This document shows positions 53,841-61,277 of a stretch of 64,000 nt of DNA, piece after piece. A program made the position numbers and the translations under genes. The DNA is taken from assembly GCA_019749895.1 (NCBI GenBank), contig JAIEPG010000005.1, positions 6,884 to 70,883 of the forward strand, in the 5' to 3' direction. The notes under the pieces are model-generated. The model was not told the origin of the DNA, ran no database searches, and saw nothing but the letters and a program-made list of their open reading frames with translations. How positions within the stretch are numbered: the first letter of the stretch is position 1; each line of letters begins with the position of its first letter. Origin of the DNA: Candidatus Babeliales bacterium (lineage in GTDB: Bacteria; Babelota; Babeliae; Babelales; RVW-14).

Positions 53841-54965
53841 ATGGGAATTCAAGCTGGCCTTGTTGGGCTACCCAATGTTGGCAAATCCACACTCTTTAAC
53901 GCTCTGACCAAATCAAGCATTCCGGCGGCAAATTACCCGTTTTGCACCGTTGATCCGCACGTTGCTATAACGTACGTCCCAGACCCACGTTTGGACGATC
54001 TGGCAAAGGTATTTAAGTCTGAAAAAAAAATTCCGACCATGGTCAAGTTTGTAGACATTGCCGGCCTGGTAAAAGGTGCAGCTGAAGGCGAAGGCCTGGG
54101 TAACCAGTTTTTAGGCACCATCATGGAAGTTGACTTGGTACTACACGTGCTCCGCTGCTTTGAAGACGGCGAAATTACGCACGTTCAAGGCACCGTTGAT
54201 CCCGTTAACGACTTTGAAATCATTTGCGCTGAACTCATGCTCAAAGATCTTGATTCGTTAAACAAACGCGAAGAGCGTTTAAACTCAATGATCAAAAAGA
54301 AACAAGCCGCTAACCCTCAACAAGCAAAAGAGTGGGAAGCTGAAAAAGAATATATCCCATTGCTCCGAGATGCTTTGAACAAATTTGACTTGGCACAAGT
54401 GCAAGCACTATTTCGCAAAGCTAAGGCAGAAAAGTTGCCCTTGCAACCACTACTTTCTGGCAAAAATTATTTGCTTATTGCTAACGTTTCTGAAGATGAT
54501 TATGCTGGCACCAATTACGAAAACAACCGCCATTATCAAGCACTTGTTGCAAAGTTTGGCAAAGACAACGTTATTCCCGTTTCAGCAAAAATTGAATCTG
54601 AATTGGCTCAAATGGACGATGCTGACGCCAAAGAAATGATGCAAGATCTTGGCATTACGCACAAAGGTCTTGATGACATTATTGCACGCGCGTACAAAGA
54701 ACTTGGCTTAATTACTTTCTTTACCTGCGGACCCAAAGAAGCTCATGCGTGGAGTTTGCGTAAAGACACTAAAGTGCCGCAAGCAGCTGGTGAAATTCAC
54801 TCAGACCTTGAACGTGGTTTTATTTGTGCTGAAGTGTATAACCACCGCGATCTTATGCAAGCTGGTAGTGAGCAAAAGCTTAAAGAAACAGGCAAGATGC
54901 GCACTGAAGGCAAAGAGTATATTGTGCAAGATGGCGACCTCTTGAATATTCGCTTTAACGTTTAG
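53841..54965 (+). CDS. ychF: ribosome-binding ATPase YchF (Obg-like)
   Basis: GLVGLPNVGKSTLFNALT G1 motif, DIAGLVKGAAEGEGLGNQFL, C-terminal TGS-like EGKEYIVQDGDLLNIRFNV. Confidence 0.9.
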   Translation: MGIQAGLVGLPNVGKSTLFNALTKSSIPAANYPFCTVDPHVAITYVPDPRLDDLAKVFKSEKKIPTMVKFVDIAGLVKGAAEGEGLGNQFLGTIMEVDLVLHVLRCFEDGEITHVQGTVDPVNDFEIICAELMLKDLDSLNKREERLNSMIKKKQAANPQQAKEWEAEKEYIPLLRDALNKFDLAQVQALFRKAKAEKLPLQPLLSGKNYLLIANVSEDDYAGTNYENNRHYQALVAKFGKDNVIPVSAKIESELAQMDDADAKEMMQDLGITHKGLDDIIARAYKELGLITFFTCGPKEAHAWSLRKDTKVPQAAGEIHSDLERGFICAEVYNHRDLMQAGSEQKLKETGKMRTEGKEYIVQDGDLLNIRFNV

Positions 54966-54978
54966 AATTATATAAATT

Positions 54979-55022
54979 AAAAAAGAGGCCACAGTAAGTT
55001 ATTTACTGTGGCCTCTTTTTTA
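54979..55022. terminator. bidirectional terminator between convergent ychF and C17
   Basis: aaaaaagaggccacagtaa-gtta-tttactgtggcctctttttt: a long perfect stem flanked by A-run and T-run. Confidence 0.75.
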
Positions 55023-55034
55023 ATTTTAAATTGG

Positions 55035-56258
55035 CTACTCAGTACCGCCAAGTGCTTCAAGTAGAGATTTTAACTCTGGAGACGACGCAAGCCCGTAGGC
55101 TGTTTTTTCATTTTTATCGCGCACATTAATATCAGTCCAATTGCCTTGCTCCAAAATGAGCCCAAGAACTTCAATAAAATTGTTTTTTGCTGCCACGTGC
55201 AACGGCGTTTGTCCTTCTTTATTTACAACATTGCAAGGTGCATTATACTCAAGAAGTAACTGAACAAGAGCTTTGTCCCCACGCGAAGCTGCCAAATGAA
55301 GTGGCGTTTGTCCTTCGGCATCGCACACATTAACATTAAAACCATTTGCAAGCATCCGCCACAAAGCTTCTCGGTTGCCACGCACCAATGCTGCTTTAAA
55401 TGCACCAAAGCCGGTTACTTGCGGCGCAATTGAAAGATCTGCAAGACTGGTAGCAAGAGAAGCAATATCGTCGCATCTTTCAACTCTTTTAATAGCTCCA
55501 ACATCATAAAGCGCTTGACTACGTCCAGCTGGCTGCCGCGTAAGCGCATCAAGGACATCTTGATTGCCCTTGGAGTACGCCAACTCAAAAGCACTTTTGT
55601 GACCAATAACTTTTTCATGCGGATCTGCACCACAGCGACGCAATGCTCTAATCATGTCGGGATTGTAGACATCAACCGCATGATGCAACAGCGTAAAACC
55701 TTCTTCGTCAAACACGTTTACAAGACCAGGGTTTTTCTGCAACAACGTTTGCAAATCAGCTAGCTTATCATTCGCAATACAAATACAAGCTTGTTCAAAA
55801 ACAGGACTTGGCACTCCTGGAGATGATGACCTGATTGGTGATCTTTGTATCCCCAACTTATAACCAGAACTATCGTCAAAATAGGCTAAAAACGGATCCG
55901 ATGTAGCGGACCCTTCAGGCTCACTTTGCATTGCCTCCAAAAGAACGGGAACAAGAACTTGGCGAACCATTTCATTATCACATTCCAACGCAAGATCAAG
56001 AGCCGTTTGTCCACGACTGTCAGGCTCAGACAAGCCATGGCCAAATTCAATTAACTGCCACGCACGCTCATGGTTACCCTGTAAAATGGCATAATGCAAA
56101 GGAGTTCCAAAATATGAAGCATCTCTTGATGATGAAGAACTAGAACTTGAAGAAGAAGAACCATCTCTAGTACCATCTGAAGAATAAGAACATGATGCAC
56201 CAAAAATAGATGACGTTAAACTTACAGCACATATAAATGCAAAAATAGTTCGTTTCAT
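55035..56258 (-). CDS. secreted ankyrin-repeat protein C17 with poly-Ser tract
   Basis: Leader MKRTIFAFICAVSLTSSIFGA, then a run of 11 Ser. GTPLHYAILQGNHERAWQLI, FTLLHHAVDVYNPDMIRALRRCGAD, QTPLHLAASRGDKALVQLLLEYNAP, QTPLHVAAKNNFIEVLGLIL. Confidence 0.9.
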   Translation of the reverse strand: MKRTIFAFICAVSLTSSIFGASCSYSSDGTRDGSSSSSSSSSSSRDASYFGTPLHYAILQGNHERAWQLIEFGHGLSEPDSRGQTALDLALECDNEMVRQVLVPVLLEAMQSEPEGSATSDPFLAYFDDSSGYKLGIQRSPIRSSSPGVPSPVFEQACICIANDKLADLQTLLQKNPGLVNVFDEEGFTLLHHAVDVYNPDMIRALRRCGADPHEKVIGHKSAFELAYSKGNQDVLDALTRQPAGRSQALYDVGAIKRVERCDDIASLATSLADLSIAPQVTGFGAFKAALVRGNREALWRMLANGFNVNVCDAEGQTPLHLAASRGDKALVQLLLEYNAPCNVVNKEGQTPLHVAAKNNFIEVLGLILEQGNWTDINVRDKNEKTAYGLASSPELKSLLEALGGTE

Positions 56259-56309
56259 AAAATTTCTCAGGTATAAATCTTGTCACAAAATAAGTTATCA
56301 GTAAGTTTT

Positions 56310-56738
56310 TTAGCAAGACTGAGATCGAGGACGCTCGAACGGTACTTCGTCACGATCAAAAGCATCAAGAAGATCTTCGTAAAAACGAACTATCTGCATT
56401 GCTTCACGGTTATTGCACTCAAAAGCATATTGATACAACGTATACCAACATGAAGCATATCCATAACTGATAGACATGCGAACGAGATGGAAGTTCTCAC
56501 GTAAGATACTGTCCAACTCATTGTTAAAACCATTATAAATAAACTTAAAAGCCAACAGCATGCTATAGTTATCCGCAGCTGCCTTGCTTCGATCTGCTAC
56601 ATTAGCAACTGCGGGGCTTGGGCATATGCCTTTAAACGCTGAATTTTCATATTCAGGATCTAAACCCAAAGCAAAACCAGCAGCAAAAACGTTACCAGAA
56701 CACAGCAAAAATAAAGTAACTATAGCTAGACGTTTCAT
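56310..56738 (-). CDS. small secreted hypothetical protein D1
   Basis: Leader MKRLAIVTLFLLCSGNVFAAG. Start overlaps the D2 stop by 1 nt (TAATG). Confidence 0.6.
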   Translation of the reverse strand: MKRLAIVTLFLLCSGNVFAAGFALGLDPEYENSAFKGICPSPAVANVADRSKAAADNYSMLLAFKFIYNGFNNELDSILRENFHLVRMSISYGYASCWYTLYQYAFECNNREAMQIVRFYEDLLDAFDRDEVPFERPRSQSC

Positions 56739-57103
56739 TAAAATGACCCCCTGCGACCGCACTCTGCAAAAACACCCTTTTCTACTTCTGCTTGAACAGA
56801 GGCTATAATGCTTAACGCTTCTTGATCGTTGACACCTTGAGCAAGTTGCTGCAATGTTTTATCATCAAAACTCTTCATATTTAAAAGCCCTGGAAACTGC
56901 CACAAAGCACCTTCAAAACTATCGTAATTACCCATTGCCAAATCGTTTATTGCGCAGGCAAAAGAACTATTCAGCTGAGTAGCTCTCGGCCTAATAGAAC
57001 AGCTTTTTTTTAATTGACGGAGCTTACAACTACCAGCAGCTGGAAAGGCAGAGCCAACACATACTACCAATACACACACAAGTGCAAAAATAATTCTTTT
57101 CAC
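56738..57103 (-). CDS. small secreted hypothetical protein D2
   Basis: GTG start. Leader (M)KRIIFALVCVLVVCVGSAFPAAG. FACAINDLAMGNYDSFEGALWQFPGLLN is paralogous to D3. Confidence 0.6.
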   Translation of the reverse strand: MKRIIFALVCVLVVCVGSAFPAAGSCKLRQLKKSCSIRPRATQLNSSFACAINDLAMGNYDSFEGALWQFPGLLNMKSFDDKTLQQLAQGVNDQEALSIIASVQAEVEKGVFAECGRRGSF

Positions 57104-57162
57104 AAAAACCTCATGGTAAAAAAATAAAAGCGAATTTTTCAGATTAGAACAAACCAGAGAAC

Positions 57163-57567
57163 TTAATTCCCACATTGCGAAAAACTTTGACATCCCAAAT
57201 CGCCCTCCAAAGAATACCTGCCACGCACCTCACGGATAAGAGTAATAGCAGTCCCATCATTACTTTCTTCAGCAAGCTCCTCTAACGTTTTTCCATCTGC
57301 CAAAGCTTGTTCGTTAACAAGTTGAGGATACTGCAAAAGAATCTCCTCAAACTTTACATAATTCTTTAGAGCTAAAAAAGTGGTTGCACAAGCAAAAGCA
57401 ACCATAACTCGCGTAGGATCTGAAAGCGTGTGACGGGAATGTTGCAACCTTGGAGGCATCGACTTGGAACGTCGTCCCCTCTTGCTCCCCTTCTCATACC
57501 CAGCCGCAGCAGAAACAGAACCAACACTCAACAATAATGCACACACAAAAACAAACATACGTTTCAT
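57163..57567 (-). CDS. small secreted hypothetical protein D3
   Basis: Leader MKRMFVFVCALLLSVGSVSAAAG. FACATTFLALKNYVKFEEILLQYPQLVN. Confidence 0.65.
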   Translation of the reverse strand: MKRMFVFVCALLLSVGSVSAAAGYEKGSKRGRRSKSMPPRLQHSRHTLSDPTRVMVAFACATTFLALKNYVKFEEILLQYPQLVNEQALADGKTLEELAEESNDGTAITLIREVRGRYSLEGDLGCQSFSQCGN

Positions 57568-57611
57568 AATTACTCCTAAATTACGATTTCTTATAAAATT
57601 ATGACGTAAAC

Positions 57612-57962
57612 TTATACCTCAAGGATGTTATCTTTTTCTCGAGCATCTTGCTCATGTGACTTACCAACATCTTCAAAATTCATAAGACACTCCGCAACTC
57701 GCCAGTTACCTGCCTCATTTGCATAGTCAAAAAGCAGCCAGCCGTTATCGTCCCCCATTGTTACTAATTCGCGATGAACACACAAAATTTTATTTGCTTC
57801 ATCAGTGGCTTCGTTACTTTCATCTTTGATCAGGTCAACTACTCGAGCAAATAACGTAGACAGGTCAGGAGTCTGAGACAAATTGTTAGGCTGAGCAGCG
57901 GCGGCAAAAGCAGAGCCAACACTCAACAAAAATGCACAAAAAACAAAAAAATTACGTTTCAT
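57612..57962 (-). CDS. small secreted hypothetical protein D4
   Basis: Leader MKRNFFVFCAFLLSVGSAFAAAA. Confidence 0.65.
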   Translation of the reverse strand: MKRNFFVFCAFLLSVGSAFAAAAQPNNLSQTPDLSTLFARVVDLIKDESNEATDEANKILCVHRELVTMGDDNGWLLFDYANEAGNWRVAECLMNFEDVGKSHEQDAREKDNILEV

Positions 57963-58009
57963 GATTACTCCTAAAAAAAATGAATAACTATCGGGGAGTA
58001 GATTATAGC

Positions 58010-58070
58010 CTAACTGCGCATGCTATACAAATAGAATTGTCAGCAGAATACGGTATAAACAGCATTGGCC
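58010..58070 (-). pseudogene. decayed duplicate of the last ~20 codons of the PQ-loop gene
   Basis: 57991-58070 aligns at roughly 80 percent identity (by eye) with 58549-58627. The relic reads FC*QFYLYSMRS* where the intact gene reads FCLQFYLYRTRV*. Confidence 0.7.
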
Positions 58071-58110
58071 CATTACCAGCACCAAGAATTTTATGAAAGA
58101 GACAGGAAAA

Positions 58111-58518
58111 CTAGATCGATTTTCTACGCATTCTCGCTGCTTCTGAACTTGGGTAAACTCTTTCAATTTCATCTACCACTTGCCCAAGAATATCAAGGCC
58201 TTGATCACTGCCACACACTGAAGCAATTTTGCTAAGCTTCACGCCGCTAAAATAGATGTCCAATACGATAAGAAGACTGTGAAGCCTGCCCCAGTTTCTC
58301 TGTACAGCAAAGATTATAGCCTCGGCACACGTCATCTCCATGAGCTGCTTTTTTTCATCATAACTTCCACGCATAATCGGGCCTGATTTGGGCGCGCATG
58401 CAGGAGGATACCCCATGAGAGGATGAAGCCTCTTCAAAGGACGACGCCCACCAGCTGCAGCAGACAAGGAACCAAAACTCAATACCAGTACACACGTAAA
58501 AAAAATAACTCGCTTCAT
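58111..58518 (-). CDS. small secreted hypothetical protein D5
   Basis: Leader MKRVIFFTCVLVLSFGSLSAAAGG. Confidence 0.65.
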   Translation of the reverse strand: MKRVIFFTCVLVLSFGSLSAAAGGRRPLKRLHPLMGYPPACAPKSGPIMRGSYDEKKQLMEMTCAEAIIFAVQRNWGRLHSLLIVLDIYFSGVKLSKIASVCGSDQGLDILGQVVDEIERVYPSSEAARMRRKSI

Positions 58519-58567
58519 AACTACCCCTTCAAAAACAAAACAGACATTTCTGGGGTCAGATTATAAC

Positions 58568-59185
58568 TTAAACGCGCGTACGATACAAATAGAATTGTAG
58601 ACAGAATATGATATAAAACGCAAGGCCACGAATTGCCATAAATTGCGTTGGAACTGGTAACGGCTTGGCAAATGAAACGACCAGCTCAAGAATGGTTCCC
58701 AAGCCAATAATGGAGACAAAAAGAAAGCTAAAGCCATGCACACTTTTTTGCCGAAATATTTTGAGCACTTGTGGAATTTGATACGTTAAGAAAAAGATTG
58801 ATGAAATCCATCCACACGTCATACCAAATTCAAGTGGCCACCACATACCAAGAGGAAAGCTGGCAAGGCCAACAAACGAAAGCGCACCAACAATAGCAAA
58901 AAATCTTTTGTGCTGAGCAAACCCCTCATAAGCAAAGCGTTGCCCAATAATAATAAAAAGGCCTAACAATTCGAGCGGCACAAAAACTTTATAGGCAGCC
59001 AACAAATCGCAATGAAATACATAATAAATACAGGTAATGTAGGCGGTAAGATACGAAAGCAAATAGACATTGCTCAGCCCTATGGTAGTTTTAAGGCGAT
59101 AATTTTTTACAATTTGCGGCAAAAAACTTACGGCAAAAGACAAGAGCGATATCCATGCTAAAATACTGATAATAAACGGATCCAT
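58568..59185 (-). CDS. seven-helix PQ-loop repeat membrane protein
   Basis: Two PQ-loop motifs, LPQIVKNYRLKTTIGLS and IPQVLKIFRQKSVHGFS, each opening a three-helix bundle. ~205 aa in total. Confidence 0.75.
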   Translation of the reverse strand: MDPFIISILAWISLLSFAVSFLPQIVKNYRLKTTIGLSNVYLLSYLTAYITCIYYVFHCDLLAAYKVFVPLELLGLFIIIGQRFAYEGFAQHKRFFAIVGALSFVGLASFPLGMWWPLEFGMTCGWISSIFFLTYQIPQVLKIFRQKSVHGFSFLFVSIIGLGTILELVVSFAKPLPVPTQFMAIRGLAFYIIFCLQFYLYRTRV

Positions 59186-59203
59186 AATAAATTCTTTTCA
59201 TGA

Positions 59204-61090
59204 TTACTTAGCTGGTTGGATTTGCTCCCACTCGGCATAAGCAATCTTTAAATCTTTCTTAATTTGGTCAACCAAGTCAGCGTTTTTGTCAAACTCCTTG
59301 GTGCCATACTCAAGAATGGCAAACTTTTCACCACATTCTGTGAGTTGTTTTTCAAGCTTTTCAATATGACGCTCAAGCTTAGCTAGCTTTTTAGCCGCAT
59401 CATACTGCTGCTTATCTTTTTGCTCAGCGCGAGCCACATCGTCTTCAGGCTCGTCAGCAATTGGGCTGTTTTGAGCAACAAGCGCTTCACGCGCTTCTTT
59501 TTGGTACAAGTACGAGCTATAATCACCACTGTAGCTAATAATACCGGTTGAGGTCAGTTCAAAAATACGGTTTGGCAGTGCGTCCAAAAAGGTTCTATCA
59601 TGCGATACAAACAAGATAGTACCGGGATACTCTTGCAGCGCTTTGAGCAAGATTTCTTTAGATTCAATGTCCAAATGGTTAGTCGGTTCGTCCAAGATTA
59701 AAAAGTTGGATGATTGCAAAAGAACTTTTACCATTGCCACCCGGTTCTTTTCACCACCGCTTAACACACCAATTTTTTTGTACACATCATTGCCAGGGAA
59801 CAAGAAGGCGCCCAACAGAGCACGCATGCGCGCGCGTTGCTCACTTGTTTTGCAAGCATCTTCAACGTCCTGCAAAATTTCTTTGTTTTTGTTGAGTAGC
59901 TTGTCTTGATCTTGCTCAAACATAGACCACAAAACGTTATACCCAAATTCAACCGTACCACCATCTGGCTTACAAAGCCCAGAAATCGCGCTAAGCAAGG
60001 TTGTTTTACCTTTCCCGTTTGCCGCTACAATAGCCGCTTTGTCACCGCGATTAAGCTCGAACGAAACGTTATTAAAAATTGGGCGTCCGTCATAACTCTT
60101 GGACAAATTTTCAACCTTGAGCACCACGTTACCAGCACGCACTACATCAGGAAAGTTAAACCGTACCGTCCTGCTCTTTCTTGTTGGCTCAAGTACTTCC
60201 ATTTTTTCAAGCGACTTCATCATACTTTGTGCCATTTTTGCTTTAGAAACTTTGGCACGGAAGCGTTCAATGGTCTCTTTCTTTTCTTTTATTTCTTTTT
60301 GCTGGCGAACATAAGCCGCTTCATGAGCCGCTTCTTCATCTTCTTTTTGTCTGAGATAATGAGAATAGTTACCATAAAATAGGCGTCCCTTACCACGATC
60401 AAGTTCAAAAATATGATCTACGGCATGGTCAAGAAAGTAACGATCGTGAGACACCAGCAAAAAGCCAGCCGAACAATTTTTTAAAAAGCCCAAGAACCAA
60501 TCTTTTGCAACAACGTCCAAATGGTTAGTAGGTTCGTCGAACAAGAAGAAGTCTGGCTCTTGCAACAAAAGCTTGGCCAAAACCAAGCGCATACGCCAGC
60601 CAACACTCAACTGATCAACGGTTTTGTTCATATGCTCTTCACTAAAACCAAGGCCTTCTAAAACATTACGCGCTTTCATCACTTGTTGATCAAAATTTAC
60701 TTCAGCAAAGGCAGCTTGTACGTGGGCATAGCGCTCAATTTTATCTTCAGCAAAGTCAGTAATTCCGGAATGAAAGTAAGCATCCAACTCTTCAAGTTCT
60801 TTTTTCAACGACGTCAGATCGGCAAAAACCGTTAACGCTTCTTCAAGAACCGGCAAGTTGGAAGACAAAACAACTTCTTGAGGCAGGTAGCCAACTTTCT
60901 TTTTCTTTTCGTACGAAATGGTTCCACGATCTAAGCCAATGTGGCCAGACAAAACTTTAAGTAACGTAGATTTACCGGCACCGTTTGAACCAACAACGCC
61001 AATCTTTTGGTCATCTTGAAAACAAAAAGAGATGTCATCAAAAATAAGCTTAGGACCCAATTCTAAGAAAATATCATCTGCTATAAACAT
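59204..61090 (-). CDS. ABC-F family ATPase (two ABC cassettes, no TMD; Uup/YheS-like)
   Basis: Walker A GSNGAGKST and ANGKGKTT. Signatures LSVGWRMR and LSGGEKNR. Charged inter-domain linker and C-terminal coiled coil. Confidence 0.85.
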   Translation of the reverse strand: MFIADDIFLELGPKLIFDDISFCFQDDQKIGVVGSNGAGKSTLLKVLSGHIGLDRGTISYEKKKKVGYLPQEVVLSSNLPVLEEALTVFADLTSLKKELEELDAYFHSGITDFAEDKIERYAHVQAAFAEVNFDQQVMKARNVLEGLGFSEEHMNKTVDQLSVGWRMRLVLAKLLLQEPDFFLFDEPTNHLDVVAKDWFLGFLKNCSAGFLLVSHDRYFLDHAVDHIFELDRGKGRLFYGNYSHYLRQKEDEEAAHEAAYVRQQKEIKEKKETIERFRAKVSKAKMAQSMMKSLEKMEVLEPTRKSRTVRFNFPDVVRAGNVVLKVENLSKSYDGRPIFNNVSFELNRGDKAAIVAANGKGKTTLLSAISGLCKPDGGTVEFGYNVLWSMFEQDQDKLLNKNKEILQDVEDACKTSEQRARMRALLGAFLFPGNDVYKKIGVLSGGEKNRVAMVKVLLQSSNFLILDEPTNHLDIESKEILLKALQEYPGTILFVSHDRTFLDALPNRIFELTSTGIISYSGDYSSYLYQKEAREALVAQNSPIADEPEDDVARAEQKDKQQYDAAKKLAKLERHIEKLEKQLTECGEKFAILEYGTKEFDKNADLVDQIKKDLKIAYAEWEQIQPAK

Positions 61091-61277
61091 GCTTTAGCGC
61101 CTCAACTGCTTTAATCAAAAATAAAAACCCTTACGGGAATAACCTTGTTTAGGAGAAAAAACCGAATGGCTCTCAAGAAAAATTGTAGATACAAACCTCA
61201 CAATTACGACATTCTATCGAATTTCACGGCCTACCCAAAGAATAACAAAAAAACGCCTTTTTCACAAGAAAGACACG

